Shown here: in pieces, positions 30,998-39,236 of the stretch | Layout of the letters: every line of letters starts with the position of its first letter | Position numbering within the stretch: position 1 is the first letter of the stretch | Assembly (NCBI GenBank): GCA_963705305.1 | Contig: OY970067.1 | Coordinates: forward strand, 3,840,001-3,904,000 | Reading direction: 5' to 3' | Source: an uncultured Methylomirabilota bacterium | Lineage (GTDB): Bacteria > Methylomirabilota > Methylomirabilia > Methylomirabilales > 2-02-FULL-66-22 | DNA length: 64,000 bases | Made by a program: the position numbers and the translations under genes | The notes under the pieces: generated by a model | What the model saw: the letters and a program-made list of their open reading frames with translations, nothing else | What the model was told of the DNA's origin: nothing | The model's database searches: none

Positions 30998-31576
30998 TCA
31001 GGGCTGCTCTTGTTCAATCGGCACGCCGTCGCTGAAATGGTCGACGGTGAAGACCTGGATCTCCGCGCCGTGCCGCCAGGCATCCGGCGGGAGGCCGGCT
31101 TTGAGGCACGTCTGCCGGAGAAAAATCTCGCGGCCCCACCCGTATTCGGTCGCAACCTGGGGAAGCAGAAGGCCGTGCCGCGCCCCCTGGCGGATATAGA
31201 GGCCGTGGGTGCCGACCTGAATCGCGTTCGGGTCGCGCAGGGGCTGCAGGGGAGAGAGGACGGAAATCTCCAACTGGAGGTGGGAGAGCTCCTCTGCGGT
31301 GGCGGCGGGAAAGCGCGGATCCGATGTGGCGGCAGCAACGGCACAATGGGCCACCACCTCGGCCAGCGGCTGCACGGCTTGAATGAATCCAATGCACCCC
31401 CGCAGGGCGCCATCCTTGGTGAGGGTTACAAAAGCGGCCCCGGGGGCGTCCAGGACCGAGTCGGGGGGGTGCGAGGCGGCGGGGGGAAGTTTGCGAACAT
31501 GGCTGCGAATCGCCTGTCGGGCGATGGCGAGAAGGGTGGCGCGGTGCTGCGGAGACAGCACGGGGGCCGGATGCAT
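30998..31576 (-). CDS. amrA: AmmeMemoRadiSam system protein A (AMMECR1 family)
   Basis: AFVTLTKDGALRGCIG, DPRFP, EISVLSP, GLLLPQVA, KAGL. Confidence 0.93.
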   Translation of the reverse strand: MHPAPVLSPQHRATLLAIARQAIRSHVRKLPPAASHPPDSVLDAPGAAFVTLTKDGALRGCIGFIQAVQPLAEVVAHCAVAAATSDPRFPAATAEELSHLQLEISVLSPLQPLRDPNAIQVGTHGLYIRQGARHGLLLPQVATEYGWGREIFLRQTCLKAGLPPDAWRHGAEIQVFTVDHFSDGVPIEQEQP

Positions 31577-31920
31577 ATCAGCAGCTGGAGACATCGTCGG
31601 ACCGGGAGGGGTGCGGTGTGACGCGCCGCAGGGAGTGCCGGGCTCTCGAAAGGGACGCGGCGGGACGGGCCGAGACGGAGAGCGGCGCTCGGAGCGAGAC
31701 ATGAGAAGCGAATATGGGAAGGTGGGGGAGCATGCCGGTATTCACTGCGTGCCTCGTGCATCAACCCACGGGTGTATCCATTCCGGAGCGCATGAATGCT
31801 CCGGAATATATGCCAGACACCCCGGTTTTGCAATTGGTGGTTTCAACAGGCCCGGCCGAGACGGTTGCCCCGTGTCGATCGACGCCTGTGTCCGCTTGAC
31901 ACCCGGTATGTAGCGTGTTA

Positions 31921-31945
31921 AAAGCTGACGGAATCGGTCGGGAAT
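31921..31945. promoter_or_regulatory. IscR type-1-like operator overlapping the putative promoter of the Rrf2 gene
   Basis: AAAGCTGACGGAATCGGTCGGGAAT matches the IscR type-1 consensus ATASYYGACTRWWWYAGTCRRSTAT at 21/25 positions (hand count). Confidence 0.65.
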
Positions 31946-31976
31946 GCGTAATATTATTCGGTGAGGCAGGACAGGC

Positions 31977-32423
31977 ATGAAGATCTCGACAAAGGGCGAT
32001 TATGCGACCCGGGCGCTGTAGGAACTGATCCTTCATTACGAGGAGGGGCCTATCCCGGTGGATGCCATTGCCGCTCGGCAGGGATTGCCTGTCCGCTATC
32101 TGGAGCAGTTGCTGCTGGCCCTGAAGCGCGCCGGTTTCCTCGGCAGCAAGCGGGGGGTGAATGGCGGCTACTACTTGGCCAAGCCGCCGCGCGAAATCAC
32201 GCTCGGCCAAATCCTGCGTGCAGTAGATGGTCCCGTCACTCCGATTTTCTGTGCGGCGGAGGGTCCCCGAGAGCAGTGTCCCCGCGAGGCAGACTGTGTC
32301 CTGCGCGATGTGTGGGCGGAGGTGCGGGATGCGGTGTCGGCCATCGTGGACCGGACGACGCTGGCGGATATCGGCGAGCGGATCAAAGCCAAGCGGCAGG
32401 ACCGGATCACGTATCAGATCTGA
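31977..32423 (+). CDS. Rrf2 family regulator (IscR/CymR-like) with an in-frame TAG at codon 15 (32019-32021)
   Basis: MKISTKGDYATRAL*EL..YLEQLLLALKRAG..SKRGVNGGYYLA; three C-terminal Cys. Confidence 0.88.
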
Positions 32424-32608
32424 GACTGCTCCAAGGGCGCACGCAGCATCCGGTACCAGCGGAGAGCCATGGGGGTGCGGCCGCGCAGGTGTGATGCCTG
32501 CGTCCAAGAGGCGTCACCGGGATCTCCGGCGCGGAGACTGTTCCGATCGTTCGCCGCTCTTCCCGCAGAGGCCGATGTCGCGTCAAATTCGGAGAGGCCA
32601 ACAGGAGG

Positions 32609-33724
32609 ATGCCCATGGGCGTCACGGTCTACATTCCCACTCCGTACCGCCAATTCACGAACAATCAGGGGCGGGTGGAGGTCGAGGGGAATGATGTCTT
32701 GGCACTGATCCGGGAACTGGAGCGGCGCTACCCCGGGCTGCGCGAGCGGATCCTGGCGCCGGATGGCAGCCTGTTTCGCCACTTGAACGTGTACGTGAAC
32801 GACCGCGCCGTGGAGGAGCTGCAAGGCGTGCAGACTCCGCTCCGGGACGGCGACCGGGTGGCGGTCATTCCCGCCATGGCGGGCGGCACGGACAAGGCCG
32901 GGGGAGGACTGGCCTTCACCGAGGACCAGATCCGGCGCTACAGCCGCCACATCATCCTGCCCGATGTCGGCGGCAAGGGGCAGCGCCGCCTACTCAACAG
33001 CAAGGTGCTGCTGATCGGGGCCGGAGGGTTGGGTTCGCCGGCGGCGCTCTACCTGGCGGCGGCGGGAGTCGGGACGCTGGGGATCGTGGACTTCGACGCG
33101 GTGGACCTGAGCAACTTGCAGCGTCAGATCCTACACCACATGCACGATATCGGACGGCCCAAGGTGCAGTCGGCCGCGGAAAGCATCGCCGATCTCAATC
33201 CGGATGTGAAGGTCATCCCCTATGAGACGGCGTTGTCCTCCGAGAACGTCCGCCGGATTTTTGCCGACTACGATGTCATCGTGAACGGATCGGATAACTT
33301 CCCCACGCGATACCTGGCCAATGACGCCTGCGTGCTTCTGGGGAAGCCGATGGTGGATGGAAGCATTTTCAAGTTCGAGGGACAGGTCACCGTCTTCGTG
33401 CCGGGACAGGGCTGCTACCGCTGCCTCTACCCGGCCCCGCCGCCTCCCGGCGTGGTCCCGAGCTGTCAGGAGGCCGGGGTCCTGGGGGTGGTCTGCGGCG
33501 TAGTGGCCTCGATTCAAGGGGTGGAGACCATCAAGCTGCTCCTGGGGTTGGGCGACCCCCTGGTCGGACGCCTGCTGTTCTTCGACGCCCTGGCGATGGA
33601 GTTCCGGCAGGTCAAGTTTCGGAGGGACCCGAGCTGCCCCGTGTGCGGGGACAACCCGACGGTCACCGAGCTTATCGACTATCACGAGTTCTGCGGGATG
33701 CCGCCCACGGCGCGCGTGAGCTAG
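32609..33724 (+). CDS. MoaD/ThiS ubiquitin-like domain fused to a MoeB/ThiF (E1-like) adenylyltransferase
   Basis: Ubl ending IPAMAGG (GG at 32882-32887), then RYSRHIILP, GAGGLGSP, DLSNLQRQ, CYRC, CPVC; no rhodanese domain. Confidence 0.93.
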   Translation: MPMGVTVYIPTPYRQFTNNQGRVEVEGNDVLALIRELERRYPGLRERILAPDGSLFRHLNVYVNDRAVEELQGVQTPLRDGDRVAVIPAMAGGTDKAGGGLAFTEDQIRRYSRHIILPDVGGKGQRRLLNSKVLLIGAGGLGSPAALYLAAAGVGTLGIVDFDAVDLSNLQRQILHHMHDIGRPKVQSAAESIADLNPDVKVIPYETALSSENVRRIFADYDVIVNGSDNFPTRYLANDACVLLGKPMVDGSIFKFEGQVTVFVPGQGCYRCLYPAPPPPGVVPSCQEAGVLGVVCGVVASIQGVETIKLLLGLGDPLVGRLLFFDALAMEFRQVKFRRDPSCPVCGDNPTVTELIDYHEFCGMPPTARVS

Positions 33725-33803
33725 GCGTGGGGTGCCGGGGCAGACTGGCGGTGAGCCGCGTCCCCGTGCGTCCGGGGGGGGCGAGGCCGGAAGCGGAGCC
33801 TTG

Positions 33804-34304
33804 ATGCGGGATGGCACTGCCGGCGGGACATTCCTGGATCTTCCGGAAACGCAGATGCGAGAGATCGTCCGCCAGGCAGAGGCGGGGTATCCGGAGGAAA
33901 TATGCGGGGTCGTCGTGGGACGGCCTGGCGCGCCCGAGACCTACCAGGTCCGCCAGATCCGGAATATTGCCAACGCCGACCCGCAACGGGATCCCAAGGG
34001 GGTGCCCCGGGACGCGCGCACGGCCTATCGCATGGATGACCTGGAGCTCCTACGCGTCCTGCGGGAGGCTGAGAGCCTGAGACACGAGGTGGTGGCCTTC
34101 TACCATTCCCACCCGGACCATGATGCCTGCTTCTCCGCCATGGACCGTGATCGGGCACTTCTCTCCGGCGAGCCGCTCTGGCCCGGAGCCAGTTATCTGA
34201 TCGTGTCGGTGCGCTCCGGCCGGGCCCGCGACGCGCGAGCGTACTTCTGGAACGGCGCGGCCCGGGGTTTTGTCGAGTGCCCGGCTGTGCTCCCTCCCTC
34301 CTGA
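33804..34304 (+). CDS. JAB/MPN+ (M67, Mec+-like) metallopeptidase
   Basis: YPEEICG and YHSHPDHDACFSAMD (E..HxHx7Sx2D). Confidence 0.92.
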   Translation: MRDGTAGGTFLDLPETQMREIVRQAEAGYPEEICGVVVGRPGAPETYQVRQIRNIANADPQRDPKGVPRDARTAYRMDDLELLRVLREAESLRHEVVAFYHSHPDHDACFSAMDRDRALLSGEPLWPGASYLIVSVRSGRARDARAYFWNGAARGFVECPAVLPPS

Positions 34305-34419
34305 ACCAGCTCGCCGCGAGCGCCTGGGGCGGGAAAAGAGGCTTTGCACCGCGATACTTTTGCGTTATGGTTTCCGCAGGATCGGCGAGGGGTGTTTCGT
34401 CGCGTCCGAGGAGGGGGAG

Positions 34420-34920
34420 GTGAAGACGCAGGAGGCGCTGAGTCTGCTCATTGCGCTCGAGGAGCGCGTCGCACGAATCTATTTCCAGTTCTTCCGGCGG
34501 TTTCGCGACGACCGGGCGGTGGCGTGTTGCTGGTGGGACATGGCCGGCGACGAGTACGGCCACGCGGGCATCCTCAAGATGGTGCGGGATCTGGTCTCGC
34601 CCCAGGCGGAATCTCGCGAGATAGGCGCTCGTCTCTGGTCGCTGGTCGAGGTGGTCGAGCGCTGCGAGCAACAGGCTGCCGACGCCGACACCTTGCCCCG
34701 GGCTCTGGAGCTGGCCGTCAAGCTTGAATCGTCGGAGCTGGACGTTCTGGGGCATCGGATCGTTCAGTCCATGCGTGCGCAGTTGCCGGAGGGGGCCGCG
34801 CGCCCCTTCATCGACGAGGATGGTCACTGCCGACGATTGGTGGAGGCGGCGGGAGAGCTGCAGGATGCCAGGCTGCGGCAACGCCTGGAGGCGCTGCTCT
34901 CCAGCGCCAGGGGCCGCTGA
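34420..34920 (+). CDS. Ferritin-like (rubrerythrin-type) four-helix protein
   Basis: LEERVARIY, MAGDEYGH, LESSE, DEDGH: paired E / ExxH di-metal pattern. Confidence 0.65.
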   Translation: MKTQEALSLLIALEERVARIYFQFFRRFRDDRAVACCWWDMAGDEYGHAGILKMVRDLVSPQAESREIGARLWSLVEVVERCEQQAADADTLPRALELAVKLESSELDVLGHRIVQSMRAQLPEGAARPFIDEDGHCRRLVEAAGELQDARLRQRLEALLSSARGR

Positions 34921-34932
34921 CCGGGGTGAAAC

Positions 34933-35175
34933 ATGGCGAAGCGACGCGTGCACTTGACCTTTCAGGGGCAACTGGCGGACGAGCCGGCGATCTGGAACAT
35001 GAGCCGGGAGTTCGATCTGGTGTTCAATATTCGCCAGGCGGATCTGGTGGACGGGTTCGGCTGGATCATGCTGGAGCTGGAGGGGGATTCCCAACGGCTG
35101 GCCGACGCAATGCGATGGCTGGAGGATCGTGGCGTTATCGTTGCCCCCATCGAGCAGGACATCGTGACAGGCTAG
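34933..35175 (+). CDS. Stand-alone NIL domain protein
   Basis: VHLTFQGQLADEPAIWNMSREFDLVFNIRQA..GWIMLELEG..WLEDRGVIV. Confidence 0.88.
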   Translation: MAKRRVHLTFQGQLADEPAIWNMSREFDLVFNIRQADLVDGFGWIMLELEGDSQRLADAMRWLEDRGVIVAPIEQDIVTG

Positions 35176-35274
35176 ATCGCCCCCCGTGCCGCCTGAGAAA
35201 TATGCCTGGTTTGTGAGTCGGATTTTTGCTTGACATGTTTCTGTTGGGCTGGTTAAATCCGCCAGCATCGCTGA

Positions 35275-35397
35275 CTCATCCAGAGTGGCAGAGGGACTGG
35301 CCCTGAGAAGCCACGGCAACCCCGGTTGAAACGTCGGACGAGGGGTGCCAACTCCAGCCTCTACCCTGGTGGTCGAACGGGGGAGGGGAGAGATGAG
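35275..35397 (+). ncRNA. SAM-I (S-box) riboswitch
   Basis: CTCATCCAGAG-TGGCAGAGGGACTGGCCCTGAGAAGCCACGGCAACC...GGTGCCAACTCCAGC...AGATGAG; P1 CTCATC/GATGAG; TTGACA at 35230 upstream. Confidence 0.96.
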
Positions 35398-35421
35398 AAG
35401 GCGGCTGACGATCGGTTTCGT

Positions 35422-35458
35422 GAGCCCCTTCTCGGAGTGAGAGGGGGCTTTTTCTTTT
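35422..35458 (+). terminator. Riboswitch expression-platform terminator
   Basis: GAGCCCCTTCTC/GAGAGGGGGCTT stem followed by a T tract. Confidence 0.88.
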
Positions 35459-35475
35459 GTCTGCGGAGGCGGACC

Positions 35476-35703
35476 GTGGCGACATTGCGCGTGAGGCTCA
35501 TCTTCCCGCCCGATCTTGTCCGCGAGCCGGTGATCTACAACGTGGCCAAAACCTACGGCCTCGTTCCAAACATTCGCCGGGCGCGGGTGACGGAATCGGC
35601 GGGAGAGACGACACTGGACTTCACGGGGACAGAGGACGATCTGAAGCGGGGGCTCGAGCATCTGACCGGGCTGGGAGTCCGCGTGAAGCCGGTCAAGGAG
35701 TAA
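35476..35703 (+). CDS. Stand-alone NIL domain protein (first gene under SAM control)
   Basis: GTG start, RBS GGAGG; VRLIFPPDLVREPVIYNVAKTYGLVPNIRRARV..HLTGLGVRV. Confidence 0.88.
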   Translation: MATLRVRLIFPPDLVREPVIYNVAKTYGLVPNIRRARVTESAGETTLDFTGTEDDLKRGLEHLTGLGVRVKPVKE

Positions 35704-35730
35704 CGGGACACCCGGGAAGGTGGGGGTTCG

Positions 35731-37002
35731 ATGGGACACGTGAAAGGCCTGAAGTGTCGTGAGTGTGCGCGGCCGTATCCCGCCCAGCCACGGCACGTCT
35801 GCGAGTTCTGTTTCGGCCCGCTGGAGGTGGATTACGATTATCAGGCCATTCGCCAGCAGCTGACGAAGCAATCCATCCAGGAGGGGCCGCCCACCATGTG
35901 GCGCTACCGCGCGCTGCTGCCGATTGACGGCGAGCCGGCGGTGGGCCGCCATTGCGGTTTTACCCCGCTGGTGCGGGCGCGCAACCTCGGGAAGGCCCTG
36001 GGGCTCCTCAATCTGTACGTGAAGAACGACACGGTGAACCACCCCACGCTGTCCTTCAAGGACCGGGTCGTCGCCGTGGCGGTGAACAAGGCGATGGAGT
36101 TCGGGTTCCCTGTGGTCGCCTGCGCCTCCACCGGGAACTTGGCAAACTCGGTGGCGGCGCATGCGGCGGAGGGGGGACTGACCAGCTTCGTCTTCATCCC
36201 CTCCGACCTGGAGCAGGGGAAGGTGGTGGGAACCGCCATCTATGCTCCCAACGTCATCGCGGTGGATGGGACCTATGACGAGGTGAACCGCCTGTGCAGC
36301 GAAGTGGCGGACAAGTACGGCTGGGCCTTCGCCAACATCAACCTGCGGCCCTACTACGCCGAAGGCTCCAAGACCTTCGGCTACGAGATCGCCGAGCAGC
36401 TGGGCTGGCGGGCGCCGGATCACATCATCGTCCCGGCCGCCGGGGGATCGCTGATCACCAAGGTCTGGAAGGGCCTGCAGGAGTTCTGTTCGATGGGACT
36501 CATCCCGGAGGTGCCTACGCGGATGCACGTCGCGCAGGCGGCCGGCTGCGGCCCGATCGTGACCGCGGTCAAGGCGGGGAGCGAGGTGATCCGCCCGGTC
36601 AAGCAGCCGCGGACTATCGCAAAGTCGCTGGCCATCGGGAATCCGGCCGACGGCTACTACGCCTTTAAGGTCGTGAAGGGGAGCGGCGGATCAGGCGAGC
36701 ATGCCAGCGACGAGGAGATCATCGACGCGATGAAGCTGCTGGCATCCACCGAGGGCATCTTCGCCGAGACGGCGGGGGGCGTCACCGTGGCCGCGACCAG
36801 GAAATTGGTCCAGCAGGGGCTCATCGGGCGGCACGAGGTGACCGTGATCTCGCTGACGGGAAACGGGCTGAAGACCCAGGAGGCGGTCGCGGGCACTCTG
36901 CGCACCGCCGCGCACATCAAACCGACGTTGAAATCGTTCGACGAGGCGCTGAGCCAGGCCCCGCCAGCAGTCGAGGCGAGCCGGAGAGCCGACGCGGCCT
37001 GA
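35731..37002 (+). CDS. Threonine-synthase-like PLP enzyme, probably an O-phosphohomoserine sulfhydrylase (MetM-like)
   Basis: N-terminal CxxC..CxxC; NHPTLSFKDR (PLP Lys), ASTGNLA, EGSKT, TGNGLK; SAM riboswitch upstream and Ubl downstream. Confidence 0.88.
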   Translation: MGHVKGLKCRECARPYPAQPRHVCEFCFGPLEVDYDYQAIRQQLTKQSIQEGPPTMWRYRALLPIDGEPAVGRHCGFTPLVRARNLGKALGLLNLYVKNDTVNHPTLSFKDRVVAVAVNKAMEFGFPVVACASTGNLANSVAAHAAEGGLTSFVFIPSDLEQGKVVGTAIYAPNVIAVDGTYDEVNRLCSEVADKYGWAFANINLRPYYAEGSKTFGYEIAEQLGWRAPDHIIVPAAGGSLITKVWKGLQEFCSMGLIPEVPTRMHVAQAAGCGPIVTAVKAGSEVIRPVKQPRTIAKSLAIGNPADGYYAFKVVKGSGGSGEHASDEEIIDAMKLLASTEGIFAETAGGVTVAATRKLVQQGLIGRHEVTVISLTGNGLKTQEAVAGTLRTAAHIKPTLKSFDEALSQAPPAVEASRRADAA

Positions 37003-37031
37003 CATCATCGCATTCGAGGGGGGCAACGACG

Positions 37032-37310
37032 ATGAGCGTGCTCGTACGCATTCCCACACCGCTGCGCCCGCTCACCAAAGGGCAGGGCGAGCTCAATACG
37101 GATGCGGCAAGCGTGAAGGAATTGATCGACAGGCTGGAGCGAGACTACGCAGGGATCAGGACGCGCATCTGTGAAGACGACGGCAACGTCCGCCGCTTCA
37201 TCAACATCTATGTCAACGAAGAGGACATCCGGTTCCTGCAGGGGACCGAGACGGCTTTGAAGGCCGGGGACGAAGTATCCATCGTGCCGGCCATCGCCGG
37301 CGGGCGCTGA
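37032..37310 (+). CDS. MoaD/ThiS/CysO-like ubiquitin-like sulfur carrier ending GG-R
   Basis: VRIPTPLR, RFINIYVNEEDIRFL, VSIVPAIAGGR*. Confidence 0.93.
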   Translation: MSVLVRIPTPLRPLTKGQGELNTDAASVKELIDRLERDYAGIRTRICEDDGNVRRFINIYVNEEDIRFLQGTETALKAGDEVSIVPAIAGGR

Positions 37311-37573
37311 TGCCGTACCGGCCGAGCATCCGCTGACGCGTCGGCAGGACCGGCTCCGAAAGCGAGACTTCCGGCCCCCTGGTGTCGCGTTGCGGTTTTT
37401 CCCACCACGGGCCAGCATTCGGGTCTTGCCGCGGGCTGCCGGAGATGGTGCCGCATGGCCGCCGGAGAGTCGTCCGTCTGGCAGGCCTGGCTCTCTCGGA
37501 TGAGCGGTCGCCTCCATACTGACAATCCAATCAATTCAGCGTCTTTGCTTGACAGTGTAGCTGGGTTTTGAAA

Positions 37574-37598
37574 ACATCTGACATCAGATGTCAGATGT
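37574..37598. promoter_or_regulatory. 25-bp palindromic operator upstream of the GntR/FadR regulator
   Basis: ACATCTGACATC-A-GATGTCAGATGT, a perfect 12-bp inverted repeat; TTGACA at 37549. Confidence 0.75.
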
Positions 37599-37659
37599 AT
37601 CTCCGTGGATCCGCTCTATCGGCGAAAGAATCAATAGAATTGAATAGGTAGGGACGCCG

Positions 37660-38508
37660 ATGCCCTCAGGGGTGGTTCGGAATGCTCGGGATGTTTTTGG
37701 CTCCTTGAACGCCCCCGTGGGACAGAGCTCCGTCGTCTCTCAAGTGATCGAACGGATCAAGGACGCGCTGATCCGAAAAGATCTGAAGCCGGGCGACTAT
37801 CTCCCTTCGGAGGCAGACCTCAGCCGAAACCTCGGTGTCAGCAAGTCGACGATTCGCGAGGCCGTCAAGATGCTCCAGGCCCTGGGGGTGGTCGAGGTCC
37901 GCAGGGGACAGGGGACGCTCGTTCGGAAGCATCCCAAGGCCGACTACATCAGCCCCCTGGTCTTTCATCTCATCATGGAGAGCGGCTACCCGGACGACCT
38001 GGTCGAGCTGCGATTGATGTTTGAGCCCGCGTTCTCGGTCATGGCGATGCAGCGGGCCACGCCGCAGGATCTGGAGCGCATCCGGCAAGCGATGGAGCGT
38101 CTGGAATCCTCCGTCCAGGCGGCGAGCCACATCGCCGACGAGGACATTGCCTTCCACCTGGCGATTCTGCACGCCACGAAGAACCCGCTGGTCATCCGAA
38201 TCGGCGAGACCCTGTTTCAACTCTTCAAGCCCTCCATCAGCGTCTCCATGAAGAACATTCCGGAGCGCGCCATCCAGGATCATCGAAGGATCTTCGAGGC
38301 CTTCTGCTCGGGGGACGCCGTCCTGCTCCGCGAAGCGGTTCTGAACAGCTACGAAGGCTGGAAGGAGAGCCTGTATGGCAGGCCGGGGAGGCCGGAGCAC
38401 CGGTCCGGCGGCGAGCGTGAGGGCCGGAGTCCGTCGGAGGGCGCGGGGTCGGATCGGGTGGGTCTTGGGATGCAGCGCGCGGGGCGGACGGGGCGCATGC
38501 GCCGATGA
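37660..38508 (+). CDS. GntR/FadR family regulator (HTH + FCD)
   Basis: LKPGDYLPSEADLSRNLGVSKSTIREA, RRGQGT, DIAFHLAI..TKNP. Confidence 0.93.
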   Translation: MPSGVVRNARDVFGSLNAPVGQSSVVSQVIERIKDALIRKDLKPGDYLPSEADLSRNLGVSKSTIREAVKMLQALGVVEVRRGQGTLVRKHPKADYISPLVFHLIMESGYPDDLVELRLMFEPAFSVMAMQRATPQDLERIRQAMERLESSVQAASHIADEDIAFHLAILHATKNPLVIRIGETLFQLFKPSISVSMKNIPERAIQDHRRIFEAFCSGDAVLLREAVLNSYEGWKESLYGRPGRPEHRSGGEREGRSPSEGAGSDRVGLGMQRAGRTGRMRR

Positions 38509-38729
38509 CGGCCCTGCTGTGGGACGGAGGCCGGACCGTTCTGCCCATGCAGGGGTGGGATGTCGCGGGGGCGGGGCCCGGTCCCTCTCGATTCTTGCGC
38601 CTGACCGGGCGGCCTCGGACCTCCGAGACGGTTCGGGTGATCGGGACCGTGCGCGCCCGATCGAATTCGGCCGCGACGGCGCATTGCTGCGCCGGCGGAG
38701 AGTAACCATCACGCAGAGGAGGGACAAGC

Positions 38730-39236
38730 GTGACCTCGGCCTTGTGCTTTCTGAGCGATTGGACCGACCGGCTGACGCGTTGGCTGCTGGTGCCGATCGG
38801 CGTGCTGTTCGTGGCCGTGGTGTTCCTGGCGGTGCTCACGCGCTATGTCTTCCGGGCGCCCATCATCACCTCCATCGAGCTGGCCCGCATCGGGTTTGCC
38901 TGGTGTGCGTTTCTTGGGGCGGTGATGTGTTTGAAGCGGGAGAAGCACACCCAGTTCCTGTTCCTGCTGGACCGATTCCGCGGGAGAGCCAGGCACTGCC
39001 TCGACACCGGCATCGCAGCGCTGTCGCTGGGCTTCTTTGCCGTGGTGACCTTCAAGGGCGTGCAGATGGTCCAGGCGGTGCAGGATACGTACTTCCCCGC
39101 GCTGGGCTGGTCCCAGGTCTGGCTGTACCTTCCAGTCCCCGTCTGCTGCGCATGCATGTTCGTCCATACGACGGCCCAGTTGGCGCGGGACGTCCAGGCG
39201 CTGCTCCGGCCCGCTGAGCAGGGGGGCCGGTCATGA
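38730..39236 (+). CDS. TRAP transporter small permease (DctQ family)
   Basis: Four TMs; VLTRYVF, ELAR..AW..FLGA; adjacent to the DctM gene. Confidence 0.88.
   Translation: MTSALCFLSDWTDRLTRWLLVPIGVLFVAVVFLAVLTRYVFRAPIITSIELARIGFAWCAFLGAVMCLKREKHTQFLFLLDRFRGRARHCLDTGIAALSLGFFAVVTFKGVQMVQAVQDTYFPALGWSQVWLYLPVPVCCACMFVHTTAQLARDVQALLRPAEQGGRS

Noticed and set aside
32019..32021. Pyrrolysine or amber recoding in the Rrf2 gene
   Set aside because: TAG is an ordinary stop for many genes here, the position is not catalytic and no pyl genes are visible. A C>T change in CTGCAG is simpler.
34741..34747. GACGTTC in the ferritin-like gene as another frameshift
   Set aside because: The current frame continues to the second ExxH motif, so no indel is needed.
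33721..36528. Long antisense ORFs (935 aa here; also 46905-49625 and 43874-45553)
   Set aside because: Shadow ORFs of high-GC coding genes on the opposite strand, with no recognisable motifs.
32609..37310. Anti-phage ubiquitin-like system (CBASS Cap2/Cap3 or Bil type)
   Set aside because: No E2, CD-NTase or effector is present. The SAM riboswitch, NIL proteins and PLP enzyme point to sulfur metabolism.
38505..38705. 66-aa ORF between the GntR and DctQ genes, possibly a dehydrogenase remnant
   Set aside because: Only the first few residues are suggestive; not enough support to call.
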